A stretch of 64,000 bases of DNA from Fimbriimonadales bacterium. GTDB lineage: Bacteria; Armatimonadota; Fimbriimonadia; Fimbriimonadales; JABRVX01. The notes beneath the pieces are model-generated. The model was not told the DNA's origin, ran no database searches, and saw only the letters and a list, made by a program, of their open reading frames with translations. Location of the stretch: positions 36,846-100,845 of the forward strand of contig BTVI01000008.1 in NCBI GenBank assembly GCA_045862955.1, in the 5' to 3' direction. Positions 38,956-48,645 of the stretch are shown piece by piece (position 1 is the first letter of the stretch; every line of letters starts with the position of its first letter). Position numbers and translations under genes: made by a program.

Positions 38956-39743
38956 TCTTCTTCCTCGTCCGTCCAGTTGTCCCGTGCGGCAGCCGCCTCA
39001 TGGCCTGTCCGCCCGTAGTTCACCTTCATCAGGCATAGCCCGTGAGCGGGGAGCATCGGCGGTCGTTTCGCTGCCAGCGGCTCGTTCACCAGGCGACGTA
39101 CCTCCTCCATGCTCCATCTGCCGAGGCCGATCTCGGCCAGTGCCCCGGCCATCATGCGGACCATGCCCTGCATGAAGCCCGTGCCCTCGACATCGAACCT
39201 CACATGCGGACCGACCCTCCGCACGCCAGCGGCCAGGATGCCCCGGCACGTAGGCCCCTTCCACGCCTCGGCCTTTGCCAGAGCTCGAAAGTCGTGCTCG
39301 CCAACGAACACTTGCGCAGCTTGGTTCATCCGCTCTACATCTAGCTGCTTCGGCTCGTGACACGCGAAGCGCGTGGCGAACGGGCTCCCGTACGACCGGC
39401 ACAGCCACGTGTAGCGGTACACACGCGAAGTTGCCGAGAACCTCGCATGGAACCCATCCGGCTCCCTACGGGCGCTTTTCACTCGTAGGTCCCTCGGCAG
39501 CGCGCGGTTCAGGACTTTGCGCCACCGGGCCGGCGGGATGGGCAGTCGGCTCTCGAAGTGAACCGTCTGACCCCTCGCGTGCACGCCGCTGTCCGTGCGG
39601 CCTGCTCCAACTAACTCAAGGTACTCGCCCTCGATTCGGGCTATGGCGTCGCTAAGGACGCCTGCAACCGTTCTCTGCCCCGGCTGCCGGGCAAACCCGT
39701 GAAACTCGGTGCCATCGTACTCGACGACCAGAACGATGGGCAC
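38952..39743 (-). CDS. truA: tRNA pseudouridine(38-40) synthase
   Basis: YDGTEFHGF, GAGRTDSGVHARGQ, FHARFSA. Confidence 0.96.
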   Translation of the reverse strand: MPIVLVVEYDGTEFHGFARQPGQRTVAGVLSDAIARIEGEYLELVGAGRTDSGVHARGQTVHFESRLPIPPARWRKVLNRALPRDLRVKSARREPDGFHARFSATSRVYRYTWLCRSYGSPFATRFACHEPKQLDVERMNQAAQVFVGEHDFRALAKAEAWKGPTCRGILAAGVRRVGPHVRFDVEGTGFMQGMVRMMAGALAEIGLGRWSMEEVRRLVNEPLAAKRPPMLPAHGLCLMKVNYGRTGHEAAAARDNWTDEEEE

Positions 39744-39755
39744 TGGACGCGTCGG

Positions 39756-40187
39756 CTACTCGACGAAGGCAAGCAGCGCGGTCGGCGCAGCGTCTCCCCG
39801 CCGATACCCTGTCCGGACGATGCGCGTATAGCCTCCGTTGCGATCCTTGAACCGGGGCGCCACCTTGTCGAACAGGTGCTTGACCAGGTCCTCTCCGGTG
39901 ATCAGGCTCTTGGCCTCCAACTCGCTGGGCTTCATCAGCTTGACGCGTCGGCCGGTCTGCCTAGCCGAGTGGCCGACCAACACCCTTCTCGCCAGCCGCC
40001 GTGCATGTAGTGTATCCGTCTTTGCGGTGGTCACCAGCTTCTCGACGAGCGGCCGAACCTCTTTGGCGCGATACAGGGTGGTGTGCACACGGCCGTGCAT
40101 CACCATCTGGCGCACCAAGTTGTTCAAGAGGTGCTTGCGCTGGTCGCTCGGCAGACCCAGTTTTCGGTGTTGAGTTCGATGTCGCAT
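39756..40187 (-). CDS. rplQ: 50S ribosomal protein L17
   Basis: MRHR, KDRNGGYTRIVRTGYRRGDAA. Confidence 0.96.
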   Translation of the reverse strand: MRHRTQHRKLGLPSDQRKHLLNNLVRQMVMHGRVHTTLYRAKEVRPLVEKLVTTAKTDTLHARRLARRVLVGHSARQTGRRVKLMKPSELEAKSLITGEDLVKHLFDKVAPRFKDRNGGYTRIVRTGYRRGDAAPTALLAFVE

Positions 40188-40199
40188 TCTGCGTGCTCC

Positions 40200-41195
40200 C
40201 TAGCCCTCGTCTTCGTCGTCTGTCTCTGCGTAGGACTGCTTGACCCCGCCCTTCGGAGGCCGGAGATCCAACCCCAGAGCAGCCAGCTTTTCCTTCACCT
40301 CGGAGAGGGACTTTTTGCCGAACCCCCGGATGTTATTGAGATCGTTCTCAGTGACCTGGACCAGCTCGCGCAGAGTGAGCAGGCTGGCTCGGCGCAGGCA
40401 GTTGAACGTGCGCTGAGAAAAGTCCATCTCCTCGATCCGCTTGTCGGGCACGTGCTCCAGTCCCTCAGGGACCTGCTCCTTGGGGCGCTCGCCCTCGTAG
40501 GCTGGTCGCTCCACGAGGTCTGTGAACATCTGGAAGTAGCGAGCCAGCATCTGGCCGGCTTCCGCAACGGCTTCGGCGGGCGAAATGGTGCCGTTGGTCT
40601 CCACGTCGAGCACGAGCCGCTCGAAATCTGTCTTGTAGCCCACGCGGGTCGAATCCACGTGGTAGCTGACGCGTCGGACCGGCGTGAACTGCGAGCCGAC
40701 CGGGATCACGCCAATCACCTGCCGATGCTTCTCGTGCTTCTCGGGCAGTACGTATCCGACACCGCTGCTCACATAGATCTCCATGCGCAGCGCGGCGTCC
40801 TTCTCGCTGATTGTCGCTAGGTAGGTCTCGGGAGTGGTGATCTCGACACCCGGGGGACACTGGATATCGGCCCCCGTGACCTTGCCACGGCCCTTGACAT
40901 CCAAGATGAGCGTGATGTCCTCGCCGGCGGGCGGACGCACGTCGTGGTCCACTTTTACGGCGATGTCCTTCAGGTTCAGGATCAATTCCGTAGCGTCTTC
41001 CTTGATCCCGGGGATGGAAGCGAACTCATGCAAGACCTTATCCACCTTGATGCCCGTGATGGCGCAGCCCGGGATGGATGAGAGCAGCACGCGGCGGAGC
41101 GCGTTACCGATCGTGTGACCGTATCCCCGCTCCAGCGGCTCCAACACGAAGCGCCCGGAGAACTCGGTCTGATCGATGAGCCCGATCTGGGGCAA
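40200..41195 (-). CDS. rpoA: RNA polymerase alpha subunit (TTG start inferred)
   Basis: EPLERGYGHTIGNALRRVLLSSIPG; CTD RTFNCLRRA, GFGKKSL. Confidence 0.96.
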   Translation of the reverse strand: MPQIGLIDQTEFSGRFVLEPLERGYGHTIGNALRRVLLSSIPGCAITGIKVDKVLHEFASIPGIKEDATELILNLKDIAVKVDHDVRPPAGEDITLILDVKGRGKVTGADIQCPPGVEITTPETYLATISEKDAALRMEIYVSSGVGYVLPEKHEKHRQVIGVIPVGSQFTPVRRVSYHVDSTRVGYKTDFERLVLDVETNGTISPAEAVAEAGQMLARYFQMFTDLVERPAYEGERPKEQVPEGLEHVPDKRIEEMDFSQRTFNCLRRASLLTLRELVQVTENDLNNIRGFGKKSLSEVKEKLAALGLDLRPPKGGVKQSYAETDDEDEG

Positions 41196-41235
41196 CGCCT
41201 GCTGTTCGGCTGGCGTCGGCTCGAACTCGCGTTCG

Positions 41236-41874
41236 CTATCGGGTGTAATACTCAACAATCATCTGCTCCTTGATATCAGTGGTGACTTCGTCTCTCGCGG
41301 GGGCGTGAAGCACCCTGCCGGCAAAGGTGTTGGCATCCAACGCGAGCCACGACCCTGGGTTGTGCGTAGCCATGCGCGCCAGACTGGACTTGATCAATGA
41401 TGTCTCGCGCTTGGAAGGATGCAGCTCGACTACGTCGTTCGGGCGGAGTTGGATGCTAGGCACGCTTACTCGACGCCCGTTCACGGTGAAGAAGCGATGC
41501 GAGACCATCTGTCTCGCCATGCCCCGGGAGGCTGCCCAACCCAGTCGGTACACGACGTTATCCAGCCGCATCTCCAGCAACTGGAGGAGGTTCTCTCCCG
41601 TCGGCCCGCGTCGTCGCTGGGCGAGTTCCATGTACTTGGAGAACTGGCCCTCGCGGAGTTGGTACATCCTCTTCAGCTTCTGCTTCTCGGATAGCTGCTC
41701 GCCGTATTCGCTCACACGGGGTTTCTGTCCCACCTGCCCATGCTGGCCGGGGACTTTCACCCTTTGCTCGCGCTCCATTGCGCACTTCTTGGTGTGACAC
41801 CGGTCGCCCTTCAGGTACAGCTTCTGAAGCGCTCTGCGGCAGTATCGGCACCTCGATTCCCAGACTACTGACAC
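41236..41874 (-). CDS. rpsD: 30S ribosomal protein S4
   Basis: CRYCRR..KGDRC, PGQHG, LEMRLDNVVYRLG. Confidence 0.97.
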   Translation of the reverse strand: MSVVWESRCRYCRRALQKLYLKGDRCHTKKCAMEREQRVKVPGQHGQVGQKPRVSEYGEQLSEKQKLKRMYQLREGQFSKYMELAQRRRGPTGENLLQLLEMRLDNVVYRLGWAASRGMARQMVSHRFFTVNGRRVSVPSIQLRPNDVVELHPSKRETSLIKSSLARMATHNPGSWLALDANTFAGRVLHAPARDEVTTDIKEQMIVEYYTR

Positions 41875-41891
41875 TCCCTGCTATCCTTTCC

Positions 41892-42287
41892 TTAGACCCT
41901 TCGTCTCTTCGGCGGTCGGCAACCGTTGTGTGGAATCGGCGTGGCGTCCCGAATGGAGACAACCTCTAGGCCCGAAGCGCAGAGGCTGCGCATCGCGGTC
42001 TCACGACCGGAGCCGGGACCCTTGACCACGATATCGATCTTGCGGAGGCCGAACTCCAGCGCCTTTCGCGCGCACTGATCGGCTGCGAGCTGTGCGGCAA
42101 ATGGCGTTCCTTTGCGCGAGCCCTTGAAGCCCACGGCTCCAGCGCTTGCCCAGCACAGTACCTTGCCATCCATGTCCGTGATGGAGACGATGCAGTTGTT
42201 GAACGTGCAGTGGATGCAGGCGATGCCCTGCAACACACTTCTGCGCTCTTTGGTTCTCGTCTTTCCGGTAGTTCGTTTCCTGGCCAT
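41892..42287 (-). CDS. rpsK: 30S ribosomal protein S11
   Basis: [30 protein letters not shown]. Confidence 0.97.
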   Translation of the reverse strand: MARKRTTGKTRTKERRSVLQGIACIHCTFNNCIVSITDMDGKVLCWASAGAVGFKGSRKGTPFAAQLAADQCARKALEFGLRKIDIVVKGPGSGRETAMRSLCASGLEVVSIRDATPIPHNGCRPPKRRRV

Positions 42288-42293
42288 GGTGCG

Positions 42294-42671
42294 TTACTTC
42301 CTCGCCTTCTTCTTGCCAGCAATGGTGCGCTTCGGCCCCTTACGCGTTCGGGCGTTGCTGCGGGTGCGCTGACCGCGAGTGGGCAGCCCACGCCGATGCC
42401 GGACTCCACGATAGCTACCGATCTCGATGAGGCGACGGATGTTCTGCTGAACCTCCCTGCGCAAGTCGCCTTCCACCTTGACCAATCGGTCGATCGCTTC
42501 ACGGATGGCCGCGATTTCGCGATCCGACAGGTCGCGGACCCTAGTGTTGCGATCCACCCCCACGGTATCCAGCAGCATGCGAGCCGTGGTGAGTCCGACC
42601 CCATAGAGATGAGGAAGCGCATATTCGATTTTCTTGTCTCTCGGTAAGTCAACACCGGCTATACGGGCCAA
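42294..42671 (-). CDS. rpsM: 30S ribosomal protein S13
   Basis: [24 protein letters not shown]. Confidence 0.97.
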   Translation of the reverse strand: MARIAGVDLPRDKKIEYALPHLYGVGLTTARMLLDTVGVDRNTRVRDLSDREIAAIREAIDRLVKVEGDLRREVQQNIRRLIEIGSYRGVRHRRGLPTRGQRTRSNARTRKGPKRTIAGKKKARK

Positions 42672-42684
42672 CTTGCTCCTCCGC

Positions 42685-42798
42685 CTAACCTTGGCGCTGC
42701 TTGTGCTTCTTGACCTTGCAGATCACGCGCACAACGCCCTTCCGCTTGATGATGATGCACTTGTCACAAATCCGTTTTACTGAAGCGCGAACCTTCAC
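42685..42798 (-). CDS. rpmJ: 50S ribosomal protein L36 (Zn-binding form)
   Basis: Not in the ORF track; manual translation [37 protein letters not shown]. Confidence 0.96.
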   Translation of the reverse strand: MKVRASVKRICDKCIIIKRKGVVRVICKVKKHKQRQG

Positions 42799-42872
42799 GC
42801 CGATTCCTCCAACCTTGCCAGCCAGGCGACCGAACGGCGCCCACGGGGCATTCCCGAGGCACGCGAACGGTG

Positions 42873-42878
42873 ATTATA
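42873..42878 (-). promoter_or_regulatory. Possible internal -10 element upstream of rpmJ/alpha genes
   Basis: Perfect TATAAT in the infA-rpmJ gap; no clear -35. Confidence 0.45.
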
Positions 42879-42904
42879 CCCGACCGGGTGAACCCTGCTC
42901 GGAC

Positions 42905-43141
42905 CTATTTGTAGCGGTACACGATGCGGCCACGGGTCAGGTCGTAGGGCGTCAGTTCCAGGAGCACTCGGTCGCCGGGGAGGATGCGGATGTAATGCAT
43001 CCGTATCTTGCCCGAGACGTGCGCGAGCACCTCCGGGCCGTCGTCCAGCTTCACGCGAAACATCGCGCTCGGCAAGGCCTCGACGACCACGCCACTCACC
43101 TGTATGCCGCGTTCCTTATCGCTCGTTCGCGGTTTGGCCAT
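42905..43141 (-). CDS. infA: Translation initiation factor IF-1
   Basis: [33 protein letters not shown]. Confidence 0.97.
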   Translation of the reverse strand: MAKPRTSDKERGIQVSGVVVEALPSAMFRVKLDDGPEVLAHVSGKIRMHYIRILPGDRVLLELTPYDLTRGRIVYRYK

Positions 43142-43170
43142 ATTCCTCCATAGGGTTCAATCGCTCTGGC

Positions 43171-43926
43171 TCATCCTTCCTCGACGGTGAGGATGAGCGG
43201 GCCGTCTTGCGTCACTGCGACCATATGCTCGAAGTGCGCCGACAGCTTGCGGTCGCGAGTCACGACCGTCCACTTGTCATCCAAGAACTCCACGTCTTTC
43301 GAGCCCATGTTCACCATAGGCTCGATGCAAATCGTCATACCCGGCTCCAGCCGGGGGCCCGAGTCGGCACGTCCGAAGTTGGGCACCGCGGGGTCTTCGT
43401 GGATGGCGAAGCCGATCCCGTGTCCAACCAGTTCGCGGACCACCGAGTAACCGTTGCTCTCGACGTACCGTTGGACGGCAGCCGAGATGTCTCCCACACG
43501 GTTGCCCGGCTTGGCCTGGGCGATCCCCTGGTAGAGAGCCTCTCGGGTCACGTTCAACAATCGCTGGGCCTCTTTGGAGACCTGTCCGACCGGATAGGTC
43601 CAGGCACCATCAGCGTAGTAGCGGTCCCGGACGATACCAATGTCCAAGCCGACGATGTCGCCTTCGAGCAGCGGCCTATCGTTCGGTATCCCGTGCACCA
43701 CTTGCTCGTTCACAGCGACGCACAGGGCATCCGGATAGCCACGATATCCCTTGAACGCGGGATATACGTTGTTCTCGTCGAGTAGACGGAGGGCGAGTGT
43801 ATCCAGGTCCCGTGTCGTAGTCACTCCGGGACGAATGCTCTCGGCAAGCCTCCTCAAGATACTCGCGAGCAGGCGGCCCAGCGATGCCAGATTGTCAATG
43901 TCCTCTGGTGACTTACGGATAATCAT
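43171..43926 (-). CDS. map: Methionine aminopeptidase type I
   Basis: VVHGIP, GHGIG..HEDP, IEPMVN, SAHFEH. Confidence 0.96.
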   Translation of the reverse strand: MIIRKSPEDIDNLASLGRLLASILRRLAESIRPGVTTTRDLDTLALRLLDENNVYPAFKGYRGYPDALCVAVNEQVVHGIPNDRPLLEGDIVGLDIGIVRDRYYADGAWTYPVGQVSKEAQRLLNVTREALYQGIAQAKPGNRVGDISAAVQRYVESNGYSVVRELVGHGIGFAIHEDPAVPNFGRADSGPRLEPGMTICIEPMVNMGSKDVEFLDDKWTVVTRDRKLSAHFEHMVAVTQDGPLILTVEEG

Positions 43927-44573
43927 GGGGTCCGGTTGAGGACCGCCCATACTGCCTCGAAAACCTCGGTGGCTGTTCCCGATGCGTCCACCGTCAGCAG
44001 TTGTCCTCGCTCCCGGTAGAAGTCGAGGAGCGGGGCAGTTGAGCGCGCGTACACTTGCAGGCGGTTGCGGATTGCCTCCGGCTTGTCATCGTCGCGCACG
44101 ATAAGGCTGCCCGAGCACTTGTCACACACGCCCTCGACCTTCGGAGGGGCGTTGTCCACATGGTAGGTCGCCGCGCAGGACCCGCACACCCGTCTGCCGG
44201 ACAGACGGCGGACGAGCGTGTCCTCATCGCCCTCGAGTGCGAGCACGGCGTCTAGCGGGATCGAGTGCTTGTCCAGAAGCGCAGCTAACGCCTCGGCCTG
44301 CGGAACGGTTCGTGGAAAGCCGTCTAGCAGGAACCCCTCGCGCGCGTCTGGCTTGGCAAGCCGCTCTTCCACGATGCCGATGATCACGTCGTCTGGCACC
44401 AACTCGCCCGCGTCCATATACGACTTGGCCTTCAGGCCGATGGGGGTGGCCTGGGCCACCGCTTCACGCAACAGGTCACCGGTGCTGATCTGCGGAACTC
44501 CGAGACGCTCTTGGAGCAGCTTTGCCTGCGTTCCCTTACCTACGCCCGGAGGGCCGAGCAGCACCAGTCGCAC
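43923..44573 (-). CDS. adk: Adenylate kinase (Zn-lid type)
   Basis: GPPGVGKGTQA, LDGFPRT; two CxxC motifs in the lid. Confidence 0.97.
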   Translation of the reverse strand: MRLVLLGPPGVGKGTQAKLLQERLGVPQISTGDLLREAVAQATPIGLKAKSYMDAGELVPDDVIIGIVEERLAKPDAREGFLLDGFPRTVPQAEALAALLDKHSIPLDAVLALEGDEDTLVRRLSGRRVCGSCAATYHVDNAPPKVEGVCDKCSGSLIVRDDDKPEAIRNRLQVYARSTAPLLDFYRERGQLLTVDASGTATEVFEAVWAVLNRTP

Positions 44574-45880
44574 TAGTGAACCTCCTCGTAACCGCGCATG
44601 ATAACCTGCGACTCGATCTGGCGCATGGTGTCCAGAGCAACTGCCACCACGATCAGGAGCGAGGTTCCTCCGGCGAGAGTGAAGACGTTGATGGTGTTCG
44701 TCCACGCAGGCACCCAGTACTGAAGCAGCGCGACGAAGGCCAAGAACGCAGCACCTACCAGTGTGATCCGGCTGATCACACCATCGAGATAGTCACGCGT
44801 AGGCGAGCCGGGACGCACGCCTGGCACGAAGGCGCCACTCCGCTTCAGGTTGTCGGCCATCTCCTCTACGTTGTAGACGACCGCCGTGTAGAAGTAGGTG
44901 AAGCCGAAGATCATTAGGGTGTAGATGATTGCACCCAGTATGCTGCTACCGGGCGAGAAAAGTTGCTGCATGGTAGCGAAGAAACCACCCAAAGGAGATG
45001 TCGGGCCCAGTGCCTGCGCGAAGGTGCCCGGAAGGTACATCAGCGAGATGGCGAAGATGATGGGGATGACTCCTGCCGAGTTGACCGACAGCGGCAAGTA
45101 CACGGTCTGCGAGCCCATCGCTCGTCTGCCGGGAATTCGCCGCATGTGGTGAATCGGGATTCGCCTCTGCGCCTGGGTGAAGAAGACGATGATCCAGATG
45201 GTGCCGAGGAACAGTGCCGCCAGTAGAATCACGTCGAGACTCGAGTTCTGCCCGATCTTCAGGTTCTGATAGAGCTGGTTGATCTGGTAGGGCAGCTGCA
45301 CGATAATGCCCGCGAAGATCATCAGCGACACGCCGTTGCCGACGCCCTTCTCTTGGATCTGCTCACCGAGCCATAACACGAACATCGCCCCCGCGGTCCA
45401 GAAGGCGATGATGACGAGCTGGTCTACGAAAGTGAGGTGAGATGCTCCCGCCTGCGACGCCAGAGAAGTGATCAGCTTGGTGTAGCCCCACGACTGGAAG
45501 AAGCAGAGCAAGATGGTGAGCCAGCGAGTGATACGGTTGATCTTGCGACGACCGTACTCGCCCTCCTCGCGCTGCATCTTCTGCAACGATGGAACGCCGA
45601 CGGTCATGAGCTGCATCACGATGGACGAGGTGATATAAGGGTTCAGCCCCAGTGCGAAGATGGAGAGCTTCTTGAGCGCCCCTCCGCCGAAGAGATTGAT
45701 GAAACCGAGTGCGGCGTTGGAAGCGATTAGATCGTGCACCTTCTCGGGATCCACGCCGGGCACAGGCACGGGGATGTGAATCCCAACGACGTAGACGGTG
45801 AACATCGCGAAAAGGAAAAGAATCCTGCCTCGCAGGTCTGGGGTAGCCCACGCAGCGGCGAGCGTCTCGCGCAAGTTCAC
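44573..45880 (-). CDS. secY: Preprotein translocase subunit SecY
   Basis: SIFALGLNPYITSSI, GVGNGVSLMIFAGI, GGTSLLIVV. Confidence 0.97.
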   Translation of the reverse strand: MNLRETLAAAWATPDLRGRILFLFAMFTVYVVGIHIPVPVPGVDPEKVHDLIASNAALGFINLFGGGALKKLSIFALGLNPYITSSIVMQLMTVGVPSLQKMQREEGEYGRRKINRITRWLTILLCFFQSWGYTKLITSLASQAGASHLTFVDQLVIIAFWTAGAMFVLWLGEQIQEKGVGNGVSLMIFAGIIVQLPYQINQLYQNLKIGQNSSLDVILLAALFLGTIWIIVFFTQAQRRIPIHHMRRIPGRRAMGSQTVYLPLSVNSAGVIPIIFAISLMYLPGTFAQALGPTSPLGGFFATMQQLFSPGSSILGAIIYTLMIFGFTYFYTAVVYNVEEMADNLKRSGAFVPGVRPGSPTRDYLDGVISRITLVGAAFLAFVALLQYWVPAWTNTINVFTLAGGTSLLIVVAVALDTMRQIESQVIMRGYEEVH

Positions 45881-46317
45881 AGCTTGGTGACCTCACATCC
45901 GCTTGCGCGAAGTTTCTCCTCGGCCGTCTTGCTGAAGTAATGTGCTGCGACAGTCAGTTTCCGGGCGATTTCGCCTCGCCCGAGGATCTTGATACCGTCG
46001 AGCGGCTTGCTGATCAAGCCCTTCGCTTTGAGGGTCTCCGGGTTGACGGTCTCACCGTCCTGGAATCGCTCGTTGAGGGTGTCCAGGTTCACGACCGCGA
46101 ACTCCTTGTGATTGGGGTTGCGGAAGCCCTTTTTCTGCGGCAGGCGGCGGTGCATGGGGGTCTGACCGCCCTCGAAGCCGTGCCATACCTGCTCGCGAGC
46201 CTTCTGGCCCTTGGTGCCTCGACCCGCGGTCTTGCCCTTGCCTGCCGCGATGCCTCGCCCACGGCGTATCTTCGGAGTTTTTGCGCCCTCGGCGGGACGC
46301 AGGTCATGCCTCAGCAT
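45877..46317 (-). CDS. rplO: 50S ribosomal protein L15
   Basis: GKTAGRGTKGQKAR, GFEGGQTP. Confidence 0.96.
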   Translation of the reverse strand: MLRHDLRPAEGAKTPKIRRGRGIAAGKGKTAGRGTKGQKAREQVWHGFEGGQTPMHRRLPQKKGFRNPNHKEFAVVNLDTLNERFQDGETVNPETLKAKGLISKPLDGIKILGRGEIARKLTVAAHYFSKTAEEKLRASGCEVTKL

Positions 46318-46513
46318 TCTTCCGACCTTCCTCTCCGTTATCCACAACGGACACTTCCACCAGGAACTGCACCTTGCGGATCATCCCACGCGTCACGTCG
46401 TTGTCCGGCACGGTTACAGAGGCGTTCAGTCCCCGAAGCCCGAGTGCCTGAACCGTGCGCTTATGCTTGATGCTGTACCCAATCGGGCTCTTCTTCAGCG
46501 TGACCCTAAGCAT
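46304..46513 (-). CDS. rpmD: 50S ribosomal protein L30
   Basis: LRVTLKKSPIG..TVQALGLR..GMIRKV. Confidence 0.95.
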   Translation of the reverse strand: MLRVTLKKSPIGYSIKHKRTVQALGLRGLNASVTVPDNDVTRGMIRKVQFLVEVSVVDNGEEGRKNAEA

Positions 46514-47054
46514 CGACTCCCGCCTCTCCGCGTAATCTCGGTATCCAGGGCACCAGCTCTCGCACCGGCAATCCGCGAGACTCCGCAACGACTTCTGGTG
46601 CCTTGAGCTGCTGCAGTGCGGCAATAGTCGCCCAGGCGCAGTTCACGGCATTCCGAGAGCCGAAAACCTTTGCCAACACGTCCTGCACGCCTGCGGCCTC
46701 CAAAATCGAACGCACCGCTCCGCCTGCCACGACACCGGTTCCTGGCGACGCCGGCTTCAACCAGACCAAAGTGGCCCCGGTCTTCGCGCGCACGTCATGG
46801 GGCAGGGTGCCAGCGACCATGGGAACCTCGATCATGGCTCGGCGCGCTGCTTCCTCGCCCTTTCGGATGGCGTCCGGCACGCCGCGCGCCTTGCCGAGGC
46901 CGACGCCGACGCGTCCGGCATGGTCTCCGACCACGACGAGCACCGACCAGCTCGCGGTCTTGCCACCCTTATGGGTCTTGAAGACTTTGTTGTTGCGGAC
47001 GACTCGGACATCGAACTCGCTTCCGATCGTATCTCTGCGTTCGATTTTTCTCAT
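46506..47054 (-). CDS. rpsE: 30S ribosomal protein S5
   Basis: LVVVGD..G.VG.G.GKA, PASPGTGVVAGG. Confidence 0.96.
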   Translation of the reverse strand: MRKIERRDTIGSEFDVRVVRNNKVFKTHKGGKTASWSVLVVVGDHAGRVGVGLGKARGVPDAIRKGEEAARRAMIEVPMVAGTLPHDVRAKTGATLVWLKPASPGTGVVAGGAVRSILEAAGVQDVLAKVFGSRNAVNCAWATIAALQQLKAPEVVAESRGLPVRELVPWIPRLRGEAGVDA

Positions 47055-47063
47055 TCTTGCTCC

Positions 47064-47423
47064 CTAGAAATCGAGCCCGGCTTCCCGCGCCGCATCGGCG
47101 AGTGCCTTGACTCGTCCGGCGTACCGGTAGCCGCCTCGGTCGAACACCACACTGGTGAGACCCTTCTCCCTGGCACGTGCACCGATGAGGGCTCCGACGG
47201 CCTTCGCTGCCTCGACGTTCCCGCCATACTTCTGCCGAAGATCCTTCTCCATGGTCGAAGCGCTGGCGATGGTGCATCCGCCGACGTCGTCCACGAGTTG
47301 GACCGAGATGTGCTTGAGGCTCCGATACACGCACAAGCGAGGGCGCTCCGGAGTGCCTGACACCTTCTTCCGGATTCTCCTGTGTCTCTTCAGTCTCTGA
47401 ACGTTCGCATCTCGAACTGCCAT
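47064..47423 (-). CDS. rplR: 50S ribosomal protein L18
   Basis: [26 protein letters not shown]. Confidence 0.97.
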   Translation of the reverse strand: MAVRDANVQRLKRHRRIRKKVSGTPERPRLCVYRSLKHISVQLVDDVGGCTIASASTMEKDLRQKYGGNVEAAKAVGALIGARAREKGLTSVVFDRGGYRYAGRVKALADAAREAGLDF

Positions 47424-47436
47424 GCTTTACAACCTA

Positions 47437-47997
47437 CTACTTGCCGGTCGCGCCGCGCTTACCGGGCTTGGTCTTGACTTCCTCGCCTAGGTACCGCACA
47501 CCCTTACCCTTGTAGGAGTCCGGCGGGCGGATACGGCGAATATCTGCAGCCTGCTGCCCTACCTGTTGCTTGTCGATTCCGGACACCGAGATCACCTGCT
47601 GTCGCTGACGGTCCGCTTGCTCCAAGGAGAAGCTTACGCCAGGCCTCGGCTCGATCACCACCGGGTGGGAGAACCCGAGGCTCAGCGTGAGCGTGTTCCC
47701 CTCCAGGTTGGCTCGGTAGCCGACGCCTACCAGGGTCAGCTTCTTGACGAACCCTTCGGTCACGCCTGTCACCATGTTAGCGATGAGCGTGCGCGCGAGG
47801 CCATGCTGCTGCCGCATGTATGCTTCGTTGTTCGGGCGGTCCACCGTCAGCGTCCCGTCCTCTTGCTGGACGATGAGACGCGGCTCGATGTCGCACGACA
47901 GCTCGCCCTTGGGACCCTTCACGGCTACGTGACCACCGTCAATCGTGACGGTCACTCCCGAGGGGATCGGTATCGGTCGTCTTCCTACACGGGACAT
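47437..47997 (-). CDS. rplF: 50S ribosomal protein L6
   Basis: MSRVGRRPI, GVGYRA, RPPDSYKGKGVRY. Confidence 0.97.
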   Translation of the reverse strand: MSRVGRRPIPIPSGVTVTIDGGHVAVKGPKGELSCDIEPRLIVQQEDGTLTVDRPNNEAYMRQQHGLARTLIANMVTGVTEGFVKKLTLVGVGYRANLEGNTLTLSLGFSHPVVIEPRPGVSFSLEQADRQRQQVISVSGIDKQQVGQQAADIRRIRPPDSYKGKGVRYLGEEVKTKPGKRGATGK

Positions 47998-48010
47998 CGA
48001 AACTAGCTCC

Positions 48011-48406
48011 TTACCACACTTCGCACAGCACTTCGCCGCCGATGCGTCGCCGTCGAGCGTCGCGATCGGTCAGGATTCCCTGCGACGTAGAGATGACGCG
48101 AATGCCGAGTCCACTGCGCACGGGGACGACGCTCTCAGCGGAACCGTACACACGCAAGCCCGGCTTGCTGATGCGCCGGATGTGGGAGATCGCGTGCCGC
48201 TTCTTCGAGTCGTACTTCAGGTGTATCCGCAGCACGGGGAACTTACCCTCCGTGATCACCTCGGACGACTTGATGAGACCTTCGGCCTGCAACAGGCGTG
48301 CTATCTCCACCTTGACCTTCGAGACTGGCACATCCACGAAGGGCTTTCGGGCGTTCCCGCCGTTTCGTATCCGTGTCAGCATGTCGCTAATGGGGTCGCT
48401 GTGCAT
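48011..48406 (-). CDS. rpsH: 30S ribosomal protein S8
   Basis: DPISDMLTRIRN, SKPGLRVY, GGEVLCEVW. Confidence 0.97.
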   Translation of the reverse strand: MHSDPISDMLTRIRNGGNARKPFVDVPVSKVKVEIARLLQAEGLIKSSEVITEGKFPVLRIHLKYDSKKRHAISHIRRISKPGLRVYGSAESVVPVRSGLGIRVISTSQGILTDRDARRRRIGGEVLCEVW

Positions 48407-48417
48407 CTCGTTTTCTC

Positions 48418-48603
48418 CTACCAGCTCGCCTTCGTCACGCCCGGAAGCACGCCTTTATGCGCCATCTCCCGCAGGCAGATACGACACAGCCCGAAGTATC
48501 GGAAGTACCCCCTGGCGCGCCCGCAGACGCTGCATCGCTTGTACGCTCGAACTTTGAACTTCGGTTTTCGTTGTGCCTTTGCAATCAGACAGGTTTTTGG
48601 CAT
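48418..48603 (-). CDS. rpsN: 30S ribosomal protein S14 type Z (Zn-binding)
   Basis: 61 aa; [19 protein letters not shown]. Confidence 0.97.
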   Translation of the reverse strand: MPKTCLIAKAQRKPKFKVRAYKRCSVCGRARGYFRYFGLCRICLREMAHKGVLPGVTKASW

Positions 48604-48645
48604 CGTTCCTCCAGTCGCACGAGAGGGCTGCCCCCGAGACGGGCG